Source: Callorhinchus milii
Lineage: Eukaryota
Reading direction: 5' to 3'
Assembly (NCBI RefSeq): GCF_018977255.1
Contig: NW_024704742.1
Location: 122,638,001-122,702,000, forward strand
Length of the DNA stretch: 64,000 bases
Made by a program: the position numbers and the translations under genes. This document shows positions 51,377 to 64,000 of the stretch, one piece after another; the stretch's first letter is position 1; every line of letters starts with the position of its first letter. The notes under the pieces were generated by a model. The model was not told the DNA's origin. It did not search any database and saw nothing but the letters and a program-made list of their open reading frames with translations.

Positions 51377-52756
51377 TCATTCTACTCCAAGACAATCTTG
51401 GAGTCTAAGGACAACCCCAGGCCCTTCTTCCCCATCACAAACCGGCTCCTCCGCCCACCCTCTGATGCCTCACTCATCCTCACCTCAAATGCCAACTGCG
51501 AGACAATGCTGGAGTTCCTCGAATCCAAAATCAAGGGAATTCTCTCAGCTGTCTCTGCCACTGCAACTGCTAACCCCTCCCCATCTCCCCCTCCCACCCG
51601 GTCCGTACCCATCCTCCCTCCACACCTTTGAACCAGTCTCCCCCTCCTCTCTCATCACCTCCATCACCCGTATGAAACCAACCATCTGCTCCCTTGACCC
51701 CATCCCTACCCCTCTCTTTACTTCCCAGCTCCACGTCCTTGCTCCTCTACTCACTGACATCATAAACCTCTCCCTGTTCTCTGGTACTGTTCCCACCCCA
51801 TTAAAAAACACTATCATCACTTCTATCCTTAAAAAACCCTCCCTTGACCCTTCTCTACTCCCTAACTACTGCCCCATCTCCACCCTCCCCTTCCTCTCCA
51901 AGGTCCTGGAATATGTTGTTGCTTCTTAGTTTCGCTCCTTCCTCTCCCACCACTTCCTTCTCAAACTCCTTCAATCGGGTTTCCGTGCCGCCCACAGCAC
52001 AGAAACCACCCTGGTCAAAGTGACCAATGACATTCTGTCCATCTGTAACCAGGGCTCCTTCTGCCTCCTCATCCTCCTTGACCTCTCTGCTGCTTTCAAC
52101 ACTGGTCCCCCGGCTCCGACACTGTCTCACACCGCAGGCCACCGAAACCCTGATACACTCTTTCATTACATCGAGGCTCAACTATGCAAATTTATTGCTT
52201 GCCGGCCTCCCCAACTCCTCCTTCCACAGGCTGCAGATCATCCAGAACTCTGCAGCCCGTGTCTTCTCCCGCAATAGGCTCTGCGACCCTATCAACCCCA
52301 TCCTTGCCCAACTCCACTGGCTTCCCATCACACAGAGAATACAATTCAAGATCCTGGTCCTCACCTTCAAAGCCCTCCACAGTCTTGCTCCCTCCTACCT
52401 CTCCGACCTCCTAACCCCCTGCCATCCAGTTTGTTCCCTCCGTTCAGCGGGCTCTGGCCTTCTTCACGTCCCCAGCCTTGCTCACCCCACTATTGGCAGG
52501 TGGGTCTTCCTCCACTCTGCACCCATCCTCTGGAACTCCATCTCACAGTCCCCTCCGTCTTGTCCCCTCCCTTGCCACCTTCAAGACCCACCTCCTGACC
52601 CTCCTATTCAACTATGCTTTCAATCTCCCTGCTTCCCCCTTGCCCTCCACCCTCCTCCACCCTGACCCCCAGCTCGGGTCCGTAACTCTGTCTGTCCTGC
52701 ACCTTGGGACGTCCTCCCAATGTGCAAGGCGGTATACAAATGTAATTTTGTTGTTG
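51377..52756 (+). mobile_element. L2 LINE, 5'-truncated with internal RT deletion, inserted in a SINE
   Basis: [69 protein letters not shown], then directly RLRHCLT..LHWLPITQRIQFK; (GTT)n tail. Confidence 0.95.
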
Positions 52757-53106
52757 TTATCATGTCGTTGAGACATCTCAAAGCACTTCACCAAATATAC
52801 TGTAAAGTGAATTGACTGAATATTTTGTGGGTGAAACACAACAGCCAATTGTACACAGCAGTGTCCCACAACCAGTCGGTGATTGAGTGATGAAATTATT
52901 ATTATTATATTTATTTTGGAAGCAATTATTACTACCGGAAAAGTGATCTGCCAATTGACTAACAACCGGTTTCCTACTTACTGCTAGGTAAACAGAGGCA
53001 TGTGGAGTAAGGAAACTTGCCCAACATTTGCCCCATGACAGGGATTCAAACTGGGGTCCTCTGACTTGCGAGATGAGTGCTCTAACCACTGAGCTACAGG
53101 ACTCCA
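52757..53106 (-). mobile_element. SINE long subfamily (its 3' tail lies at 51323-51362, beyond the L2 insert)
   Basis: Rejoining gatatagcgccttatc and ttatcatgtcgttgagac restores the SINE tail; ttatc duplicated. Confidence 0.9.
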
Positions 53107-54719
53107 TGAATTTGCATGCAGTAATGTCCCACAAACCGCCATAAAGTAAATAACCAATTTTATTCAGGGGATTGTTGACCAGGAGAACCTCCCTTCTCTT
53201 TTCTAATAGTGCAATGGGATTTTAACTTCCACCTCAACAGGCAAATCAGAATTTTAACATCTCATCTGAAGGATGGGATCACCAACAACACAGCATTACC
53301 CAGCACTGCACTGGAGAATCAACCCAGAGTTCAAAGTCACACGAAAGAGCTTAAAAGATCTGTATATTGGAAGCATCAAAAATTATCTTTTGCTGTCTAG
53401 AATAAATAATATTTCCATAACCTCTCAACCTTAGTTTCACTTGTTAGAGTCCTCTCTTACTGTGGGACAGGTTTTCTGAGTAATTAGGGAAGCAATTAAG
53501 CCTTTTACCTTTCATTCCTTTTCTTCGTTGTAGTTTCTTGAAGGCAGCAAAATCAAATATTATCTGGAAATCAAATACTAATGGCACAGGGATACTTGGC
53601 AAAACTCAAGATTGATTCCACAGCACAATGTGCCCTTTCTAATTCCATGTCAACCAGAGTACTTAAGAGCATGTGAGGAATTTTAATGAGAAATTATAAT
53701 ATAATAATAATCCTTGCATTTGATATAGCGCTTTTCACATTTTCTAGACGTCTCAAAGCACTTCACAGAATAGATTGTAAAGTGAATTAATATTAATTAA
53801 TTAACTAATAATAATAAATAATTAATTCCTAGTTTTACTCCCTTCCAAGCTTCCAGGTGATCAAATCAATCCGGCACTATTTCTTCTGTTTCAATTTTCT
53901 CAAGCTTGACCTCACTGGCATTTTACAGAACCTTCCAACTCACCCCATACCCATCGTGAGGCTGGTTGATGTTGCTCCAGGATTTTGCAAAGATCCAGTC
54001 TTATATCAATCTGATCTAATTTAGAGCAATTGCGTCCAAACCTCCTGTTTATTATTTCCCCAGCAGTTTCATTTCGTTTCAACATTTATAAAGCCACTTC
54101 AGTAGATCCAACACATGGCATTACAGTTTTGAGCTCCGAATGCACTTCCTCTTTATTTTCTTCTTTCACACAAATAATTCTCCCCACTGGTGTAAATCTC
54201 GCTGCCCCTCTGGCCTCCTCTTGCTGGGATGTGGTTCCATGAGTCCTGATTGCCTTCTGTTATCTCGTCTAAATAGTCAGTGTTCATGTGTGAGTCTTAG
54301 CAGTGAATGTTAACAGACCATTCAACTCAGCTAGCATACTCCTAACGTTTGTAACTCCTCAGTATAACGTTTCATCTGACAATGACAACTCCAGCTCAAA
54401 GTCCTGACGTGGGGCTTGAACCCCCAACCTTTGGGCACTGAAGGGAGAGCTGTATTTAAACTGTGAGTTCTTCAGCCTTGAAAGAGACATCTCAGAGGGA
54501 GATCTTATACAGTATGCAAAATTTTGCACGAGAATGAGAAAGTAACCTTTCACACGCACCAAAGTACAACAATTACAATGCATTTTTTGGGGTCAGCCAG
54601 ATGTTTGACACGTGCGGAAACCCATCACCATGCTTAAGGGTATCCAAACCAAGCTGAAAATTCAATGCTTCCCCACATGCAAACCCCACACATAGATTGT
54701 TGGAATGGAATAAGGTTCA

Positions 54720-54932
54720 GGGTTGCAAAGAACTGTTGATACCAGAAGTATTTCTTTATACCGAAAGTAATTGATGACTGTAATGGATGAACTGGAAGTG
54801 TGGTTGATTTCAGAATGCTGGACTCATTGAAGTCAGATGATGATGCTATAGTGGGAGGACAGTAGGAATAAATACTCTGGAAGGATGAGATCCAAATGGG
54901 CTCCAGGGCCTTCTTCACCTAAATATCTCTTG
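54720..54932 (+). mobile_element. Old CR1 3' end
   Basis: cagaagtatttctttataccgaaagtaattgatgactgtaat (R..FF..RVI..WN-like) and terminal gggctccagggccttcttc. Confidence 0.5.
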
Positions 54933-57029
54933 TGAATGGCATTAGAGAAGTGCGTTTTTTTGTTATTGTTTACCATATCAAATCAAAGCCACTCACCCGA
55001 TCAACCTTGTATTGTAATTAAAAGCAAATCTTTTGAAAGTCCTCAGGCCCTCCATTGGATACTGTTGTTTCATTTATACGGCAGCTTTGCTTAATCTGCA
55101 TCAGGAGCAAATCATACCGCTCCTCAGACCTCCTCTGTCAAGTGCTGACTCTATATATTCTTATATTTACACATTCAGTGGTGAATCACTGCTAAAATAT
55201 GGGCAAACATGCAGGTACAAACCCAGCATATGTTTGAGATATTATGTAAATGGAGGATTAGACTGTTCAGTGGCATTACTTGAGAGTCCGCAATCCATTC
55301 CATCTCTACAATTTGCATGTGCAGGTGGGATGCATTGGAAATTTCAGTTTGAGTTTGGATGCTCTTAAGTATCGTGATGAGTTTCCACATGTGTCAGACA
55401 CCAGGCTGACATTATATAGGAGTTGGGAGGGGTGTAAATTCAAATCAGCAGTGAATGTAATCTGTTTAAATTCCCTTCATAATAATAATAATCCTTGCAT
55501 TTGAATAGCACCTTATCACATTTTCAAGACGTCTCAAAGCACTTCACAGAATTTACTGTAAAGTGAATTAACTTTATATTTTGTGGGCGATAGTAAGATA
55601 CGAGCAACTGTTTACTTTAAAGAGAGCTACTAAGCAGTACAATTCTCCTTTTATCCAAGTCTGATCAAACTCTCTTTGTGATTACAAAGCCCGAGAGCAA
55701 ACTGCTTGCATATCTGAACAAAATTTACGGCTGATGGCAGTGCAATTATAAGCGTTAGCTGCCAAACCATCAGTCATTATCACCAAGGGTGAGGTTTCCT
55801 CCCAAGTACTTACAATAAACAAGAGCCAAAACTATATATTCAACTGGGAGGATAACATCAAAGGGAATTATTGAATTGCATGCTCAAAGCCCAAAGCACA
55901 TTGTGGTTGCCTGGAAGTTCTAATTGGATATGATGCAGGAATTCATGGTCATTTGAGTTTCTACCCTTGGGAATTTATGACTGATCTATGTTCTTTAGAG
56001 TAATATTCTGGGGAAACAAACCGATTAAAAACTTAAATGATTTGATTGTAGAATAATCATTTCTACCATTCCCTTCAAATTAAAATGGTCTAAGAGACAT
56101 GTTTTTGTTGGCTCAGTAAATTACATATAAAGATGAATATATAAAGATGAATTTAATCATAAAACTTAAATTTTATTCAATACCGTATAGCACATTTCAT
56201 GTCAGAAGGATGTCTCAAAGAGCTTCACAGAACTTACTGTCATGTGTAGTGACTATATTCTGTAGAGGAACTCAACAGCCAATTTGCACACAGCAATGTC
56301 CCACAAACATGAGGTGAAATGACCAAATTTATTTGGAGTGTTGCTGGCAAAGACACCAGAAAAAGTTCCCTTGTCTTTTCAAATTATGCCATGGAATCCT
56401 TAACATCCACATGAAAGGCAGATGGGACCTTGGATTAACATTTCACCCAAAGGATGTTTCAAGTACCAAGCTCCAGTTAGAAATGTTACTCAAAGCAGCG
56501 AGTCTCTTCATGTAAGTACCGTGGAAAACAGGCTTCCAAGTCTGAGACTGAATTTAAGAATTTTCTAAACTTCTGCAGGATCTTAAATTATAAATGCAAG
56601 TTGTTGTTGTTGATGTTGTAACACTAAAACAAGGAGAGATTTCAAACCTTTGGAGTTCTATTTCCAGCAGTTTTTTACATAAGGACATTTGCTGCCTTTC
56701 TGTGGGGCTGGATTTTTCATTAACTGTAGATTGTGGAAACAGTACATTGCTGGGCAGGGAGGTTTTCCTGAATGCAGCTAAAGTATGTCCATAAAATCCC
56801 TTGTGAATTAGCATCTTTAAGATTAATTTGGATGCTGGTTTTCCCCCAATTTTCTTCAGGAAATGCCAAAAACTAGCTTCCAAATTAAGACTAGTTTTAA
56901 TATTTCTCAGAATTTCGGTGCAATATTACATTTTAAGGCAACAGTCTTAAGGCTGAGACATTAAAACATTCCAGGACCCAGATTTGATTGGGATGGTCGC
57001 GTGTGGCCCTTTTTTCACTCTTATTTTCC

Positions 57030-57220
57030 TCTTCTTATCCCACTAAAAAAAAATTGGTCACGCAATCCACAATTATTTCTGGGACACTGCTGTGCGCAAT
57101 TGGCTGCTGTGTTTCATCCACAAAATATACAGTCAATTCACTTTACAGTATATTCTGTGAAGCGCTTTGAGACATCTAGAAGACATGATAAGGCGCTGTA
57201 TCAAATGCAAGGATTATTAT
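57030..57220 (+). mobile_element. 5'-truncated SINE (3' half)
   Basis: gggacactgctgtgcgcaattggctg...caaatgcaaggattattat. Confidence 0.88.
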
Positions 57221-57414
57221 CTTTATTCCCACTTCAAACTCTCTTTATGAAATTCCCAACATACATTTCTCCTTGAAACTTCTTTGACAAACAACTACTC
57301 TTTTGTGAGTGGAGGGAAGAAAACCTAAAGTAGATTATTACTGAGCAATAGAAATCATCACTACATTTGAGAGAAAACCTGATAAAACGCTATTTCAAAT
57401 GTAAGGATATATAA

Positions 57415-57866
57415 TTTTTACATTTGACTTTGACATAGCTCCTTATCTCATCGTCAAAATGTTTCACAAGATTTACTGAGAGAGTAGTGAGATACTATGT
57501 ATTTTGTAGGGTAACATGGCAAGGAATGTACACATAATTGTGCAGCAATGTCCCACAAACTGCCATGTAGTGAATGATCAATTTTATCTGGAGGATTGTT
57601 GCCCAGGGTACTGAGAGAAACTCCCTTTTTCAAATTGCGCCATTGTATCTTCAACATCTACCTAGACAGGCAGACAGAAACTCAGATTAACTTCTCCTCC
57701 AAAGGGCAGCACCTCTGACAATGAAGTATACGCCAAGTATCTGCCCAGCACAGCCCTGCACTGGAGTGTCAGCCTAGTCTGTGACTTGTGAGTCCTAAAA
57801 TGGTGTTTGAATCCACAAGCTTGTGACTCAGAGGCTGGAGTGTCCCCAATTGGGACAGGCTGACAC
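57415..57866 (-). mobile_element. Old Deu-domain SINE, near full length (SacSINE1/AmnSINE1-like core)
   Basis: Reverse complement: tgtcagcctg head, ctctgagtcacaagcttgtggattcaa, taggctgacactccagtgcag, cattgtcagaggtgctg, gtttgtgggacattgctg. Confidence 0.75.
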
Positions 57867-60280
57867 CTATATACTGCTCATCTTCAATACAATTTCACTA
57901 ACAGACAGGACACTTTGTAACTCTTTGACGGTGACTCTTTTTGGTAACTAAAAATGTTTAATATAATAAATTTGCAAGCATCATTTTCATATACTATTCC
58001 CCCTTTCCCCCACTGCATTTTCCTTTTCAACAGCAATTCAACAGCAAAAACTTGCATTTATGATATATACCCTTCATGTAGGATAACACTTTGAAACGCT
58101 TCAAACCATACTCTTTTCTCTGTTATTGACCATGATTCTATCCTTCATTCAAAAATGCACCTTATTGTAAAGATGACACTGATTACTATAATTTTGGAAG
58201 TTATTTTGCCAAAAACACATGTAATACAGAACACCCTCTTCTCATGGTCTCTTTAACATTCTTTTGATAGAAGTGGTTCTGCTTCAGTGAGAGCCAGGAA
58301 GGTCAGGCATCCAACAGTCAAGAGAAAGAGAGCAGCACACCTGTTCCTAAACAACCCTTCCAAAACCACGGCTGATTGAATCCTCTGATCACAAGAGCAA
58401 GCCTTGAAAAAAAGGTATCACTTTGAAGTTTTCTCCACTCATCACATATCCTTAGCATATTATTTTCACACAATCTGTTCGGCGCTGTATACCTTTGTTT
58501 TGACCAATGCTTCTCTTTAACTGAAATGAATCCGGGATCAAAGCGAACTTGTCTTTGATGTCTTTATCATATTGCTGTAAGTGCTGTGTGTTTTCTTTAA
58601 TAGAATAACAAGGAATGTGCCAGCCAATTGAACAAGACAAATCAGGCTGCACCTGAACTTTAGAAGTATGAAATGCTTTTGAATGATTGCTGAGGAGATT
58701 CTGGAAGTCTAATAAGCTGAATCCCTAATCATAAATAAGTCATAAGCAATATGTTAAGTAAAGGGCTCTAAGCTGTTGTTCAATGTGATTTTGAAGATAA
58801 AGGTTTTCTATTCAAAGAAGAGGGAGTGTGTCTTAAGTGTTGTTCCTGGCCTGCTGGCCAGAATTTATTTGCGCTTGATTATTTTCCACTCAGGGTCACT
58901 TGGGATAGATTGGAGAAACACCATTGGAAAGGTTAGCTTTTTAGAGCCACTTGCAAGCTCTTGTTTTCCTTATCAACACCTCACAAAGAGTGTATGAATG
59001 CTGCCTGCTGTTTAATAAACATTAAATACTGGGCAAAGCTCATCTGAGTATTTCTTGAAGGAATTTTCAGAATTCTAACTCTGTGTCCCATTCTATTTGG
59101 GTTATTTTTTTTACTGCCATCTCAGGGAGTTGAGACCAAGTATGTATAGGTATAGTTGGATGTATGCATCCTACAAAGCTAAATATAATCAGTGCTTAGA
59201 ATTACTCAGTGCCTTATCCACATCTATTGATATTTCTAAGTTTTAGCAAGGCTCATTCAAAGGTGCTTAAAGTGCTAGGCAGGCTGCTCTATCACTCTCA
59301 GTGTCCAGATGGTCAGGGCCACATTCTTAACACAGGTTATACGTAAAACCCTCTGTTTTGTGGAAGTCACTTTCAAAGTAGTATTTGAGCATCACACTGA
59401 GATGTTGAACTTTATTTTATATAAATGTTCATTTCACAGTGTTTAAAAAAGGGCTCTTTTACGGTAAAGTTCAATGGTGATAGCATCTTGAACAGTGATG
59501 CTTACAAATATGGCAAATGGAAGATTGTATATGTTACAAGGAAAACAGCAGATGGTCAGGAGTATATTTAAGAGTGAAACAGAATCTCAGGCACTCAGAT
59601 GACTGTAAACCAATTAAACTTCACTCTTATAGTTTACAGGTTTAACAGAAGCTCTCCACTGTGTTATATCTTGTAACAGATTCCCCTTTATGCATTATTC
59701 TCTAAGAATTATTTGTAATTCTAGTAGCAGAAGCTGTGAAAAAATACTTTTAGCATGTTTACAAAAGGGAACCTATTGAATTAAAGATAACATTTTCCTT
59801 TTGTTCTTTCAGGAATTTCGTTTTTATTTAATAATGTAATAGTGAGCATAATAAGTTATTTTAATCCCATATACATGCATCTACCACCTGTTCTTTCAAA
59901 AACCACAATGTGTTGCCAATGAGCACTGCAGAGCATAATGGCATCAATTCATCATTATATTGCCCTGAGAATCTGTCATTAGAACAGCATATGGTACAAT
60001 AAATCAGATCAAGGAGCATGATTATGAAGATAGCTTCCACCTACACCCAAGTAGTATTTAGTCTAGGCAGCTTTGAGTTTCACAAACACACACACGAGAA
60101 AGGATCACTGGATAAGGGTATCTTCGAACTTAATTTAAGTTCATCAGAAACTGGATGGAATTTATATTAAAATAGTTATTTAGGGTGTAATTTATATTAA
60201 AGCCGTTATTTAAGTATAACTTGCACAATTATATTTACTTTGTTTTCTTTATAATCGAATGTGAAGGCTCAATATTGCTG

Positions 60281-60798
60281 ATAATAATAATCCTTGCATT
60301 TGATATAGCACCTTATCATGTCTTTGAGACGTCTCAAAGTGCTTCAGAGAATATGCTGTAAAATGAATTGACTGTATATTTTGTGGGCGAAACGTTGCAG
60401 CCAATTGCGCACAGCAGCGTCCCACAAACAGTCGTGGATTGAAGTGACCATTCTATTTGGGTTATTTTTTTTACTGCCATCTCAGGGAGTTGTGACCAAA
60501 TATTTATATGTATAGCTGAATCTAAGCATCCTATGAAGCTAAATACAATTAGTGCCTAGAATTACTGTGCTTTATCCACATCCACAAGGCTCATTTATTA
60601 TTATTTTTTTTTTAAGGAATTATTACCCCTGGAAACGCAATCCGCCGATCGTCTAACAACTAGGTTCCTACTTACTGCTCGGTAAACAGAGGCGTGTGGA
60701 GTAAGGAAACTTGCCCAACATTTCGCCCTGCCGGGAATCAAACCCACGTGTCTCGCTTGTGAGGCGAGTGCTCTAACCACTGAGCTACAGGAATTCAC
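60281..60798 (-). mobile_element. SINE long subfamily carrying a ~148-bp foreign insert (60448-60595)
   Basis: Tail, body, long centre and head all present; the insert copies 59088-59257. Confidence 0.92.
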
Positions 60799-63257
60799 AT
60801 TACCAACCAGAAAAAAAACATGGCATCAAAATAGCATCCTACACATAGGGTAATGTTTCAGACCACTTCATAGTGGCAAAGTTGGATGTCAAGCAAGAGA
60901 GAAGGGGGAGGTGGTCATAGCTTGTTGAAGAGGTAGGTTTTAAGGTGAGATTTATAGATAGTAGAAAGGGGGTTGAGATGACGGAATAGAGGCAGCGAGT
61001 TCCAGAGATTAAAAAAGCTGACAAGGTTAAATGTTTCTCTATATTTCTTTTTTGTTATTAATGATTACAGCAAATGTTGCACACCCTCTTTGGTTCTGGT
61101 CGCTAGGGAAAGAACATTGATATGTAAAACTTCTCAATACGCTTCACAATTAATTACTATCAAATGCAATGATTCTTTTTTGGGGCAAACACAGCCTTCA
61201 TTTCCACCAGCAAAGTCCCACAAATAGCCACAACTAATAGTTAGCATTCTGACTCAGAGACAAGAGTGCTACAAGTGAGCCACAGGCTGACGCACGACCC
61301 AGAAAAATCCTGGGTCTCTAGAATTGTAAATCTCCTTTTAAAACAACATGTATCTTCTTCCAGTGGAAAGAATTGTAATAATAATAATAATACTTGCATT
61401 TGATATAGTGCCTTATCATGTCATTGAGTCATCTGAAAGTGCTTCACAGGGTATACTTTAAAGTGACTATATATTTTGTGGGCGACATGTGGCAGCAAAT
61501 TGTGCACACACAGTCGTGGATTGAGTAACTACATTTTTATATTTTTTTAAGGGATTATTAAACCAAGAAAATGATACACCAATTGACTCACAATCAGGAC
61601 TCAAGTAATCGAGTAGACCATCATTTTTTGTTGTATTTTAGGCATTTTCTACAGAAGGTGTTTTACATCTGTACTCACATTGTGACTGATTGATGTTTTT
61701 TGACGAAGTGTAAGAACTCTTTGCCACTAAATGCTGAGCCATTGAATTGTTAGCTCTCTGAAGGAGGGATGAAATTAATGAACACGTGAGATGAATAACA
61801 AGGAGTACAAAGCAATAAGCAGCTCAGTGTTTTCACTACAGGTGCCATTAGAAATGATATGACTGATGTGCAATGAAAACAACCAGAATGACACTGAATA
61901 AATAGGGTGAATGATGTTCGCTGCATTGGAAAGGCTGTAAAATTAACTGTTAGAAAAACTCAAGGGTATATATATTATATATATATAATCTGTCAATTTA
62001 AAATGTTATTCCAAGCATTCTTCAATTGAAATTATATTTGATGGCAAGTTAACTGCTAAAATATATGATTTTAACAATTTGATATTTCGCCTTGTAAGAT
62101 TAAAATAAACAGCCTCTATTTTCTGTTAGACTTCGGAAAGGTTTTAGTGACAAATGAATTTGTTTGCCTCTTATAATTCTCTACCTTGCTTCTAATATTA
62201 AATTAAAGAGCACTGAAGAGCTTTTGCCAACCTGGGCACCACAGCTGTGAAATTAAACATGTTCAATGGCCATCTAAAAATTAGATTTCTTGGAGAGAGC
62301 TACGACAGGAAGGATCATCAGTCAAACTAATGAATAGTATAAGTGGTAAGTGCCTAGAGAGAACATTATGATGTGTATGATGTGACCAAATGAAACGCCA
62401 GTTACTATGGGAACTATTGTGAGCCATGTGTTGGTGGCAAATTTGTATTCCACGCACAATGCCAGGCCCCCCGCAGTTGTCAGCTCAATGGGCACATTTG
62501 AACCCCCATCACATTGATGACTTTGAACCAATTTTTGGGGTTTTATATAATATCTTCTTCTAGCTCTGGAACAGGTCCTGAACAAAAGAAAGGGGGAACC
62601 GTATGCGGTCACAGTGATGAACCTAACCATTCTGCTGAAGGTGGCTGAGGGCGGTTGTCATGGAAACACATCAGATGATGATGCCAGTACCTATGCTGAA
62701 TTTCTTCCGTCAGTGCATTGGCTCAGGTCCATGATCCAGACTGTGACGTCTACTGCATGCATGTTACTGTATAATGGGTAATAATAGGTAGTGTTCACTT
62801 TACAGCTTTTCATAAATAAATATGTATTTTAAGATTTATTCATTAATCATAGGAACCACTGATAATTGTTAATGAGTAGCATTGCAAATGTAACTATTGG
62901 AGACAATCCTATGACCCTCTATCTGATTTGTTACATGTTCAAGTGATTTGGCATACTCTGTTTAATAATGTGCATTATGTAAATGAATGTGTAACAGAAA
63001 ATCTTTCAAAGGACTTTGAGATGTCCTTCTAACATGAAAGCTTCTACCAAATGCAAGGATTATTATTATTCGATTTACTTTATTACCATAAGGTAAATTT
63101 AGAGCATTTTTCAGAGCATCCAAATTTTGACAAATTATGGAATTCAGTCTTAACTTTGATGACGTCTTTCTACGGTTCTTAAATTAATTTAAAGAAAACT
63201 GGCTTATAAGTTAAGATTTCATTTAAGAATCTGTCAAATTTTGGAAGTTCTAAACTA

Positions 63258-63435
63258 ATAATAATAATTCTTACATTTGATATAAAGCCTTATCATGTTT
63301 TCGAGACGTCTCAAAGCGCCTCACAGAATATACTGGAAAATGAATTGACTGTATATTTTGTGGGCGAAACACGGCAGCCAATTGCACACAGCAGTGTCCC
63401 ACAAACAGTCATGGATTGAGTGATTATTTTTATTG
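63258..63435 (-). mobile_element. 5'-truncated SINE (3' half)
   Basis: aataataataattcttacatttgatata...cacaaacagtcatggattgagtga. Confidence 0.88.
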
Positions 63436-63804
63436 CTAAGTTAATAGAGTAAATTTAGACTTAGGTGGCATTTCACCACTTTTCAACTAAGCAAGAATGA
63501 ACAGTAATAGCACTTCAATCCAACAATCTTGATGAAGTGCATTAATATAATGATTTCACCTTCTTGCACATTCAATTTGTGGTGCTCTGTGTAAAGAATG
63601 TGGCTGAATGAAAGTCAGACCTGCCACAAAAATGTACCACCACACCTCATTACTAACGAATCTTAAAAAAAAGTAGGCTAATTTTTTAAAACCAAACTAT
63701 AAAAACATCTTTTCAGTATACAGTAATTTGATCATTTACGAGTGAAGTGCTTTGTCCTCAGTTCTTGCAGAGACTTGAAGCAGGAAACAATTTAAGTAAA
63801 CAAC

Positions 63805-64000
63805 ATAAAAGTCAGCCAGAGTTGGTAGCCCTCTCGCCATTGAGTAAGAAGGTTGTGGGTTCAAGCTCAATGTTGAGACTTTACACTCACTGACTAAGAT
63901 GACCGACATTCCAATGCAGTGCTGTAGGTGAACTACATTGCTAGAAGTGCCGTCCTTCAGATGAGGCATTCAACTGAGGTCTGATCTACCTGTTCAGATG
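63805..64000 (+). mobile_element. Old Deu-domain SINE, 5' part (runs off window)
   Basis: agttggtagccctctcgccattgagtaagaaggttgtgggttcaag..gacattccaatgcagtgctg..gtgccgtccttcagatgag. Confidence 0.75.

Noticed and set aside
52027..52665. Long ORFs (212 aa here, 206 aa at 26008, 152 aa at 22765) as functional genes
   Set aside because: L2 ORF2 debris with frameshifts, stops and a degenerate or deleted catalytic motif.
1..64000. CRISPR array or prokaryotic defence system
   Set aside because: No regularly spaced direct repeats with unique spacers and no operon-like coding density; the sequence is vertebrate intergenic/intronic.

Overview
Eukaryotic (vertebrate) non-coding DNA, most likely from a cartilaginous fish. 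The repeat complement resembles what I recall for the holocephalan Callorhinchus milii; this is inference, not a database result. I found no recognisable host protein-coding exon, rRNA, true tRNA gene or CRISPR array. The protein-like ORFs in the track are retroelement debris or chance frames. The window is a dense, nested mosaic of five repeat classes. (1) A young tRNA(Ala)-headed SINE with a Deu-type 3' body and (ATT)n tail, in long and short (about 60-nt-deleted) subfamilies. (2) Older full-Deu-domain SINEs and a second ancient SINE. (3) L2-clade LINE fragments ending in (GTT)n. (4) CR1 LINE fragments. (5) A Penelope-like element (PLE) family. Repeat-free stretches between them look like regulatory or conserved non-coding DNA, so this is a large intron or gene desert. 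The most interesting signals are: four PLE-family insertions with 12-16-bp target-site duplications, two of them short palindromes that turn around at a degenerate minimal hammerhead-ribozyme motif; the youngest SINE copies carry the exact L2 3' stem-loop; a long hairpin element split by a SINE; an L2 inserted into a SINE with a fold-back junction; and a locally templated ~150-bp insertion inside a SINE. Coordinates were read by eye, and the ends of degraded repeats are approximate.
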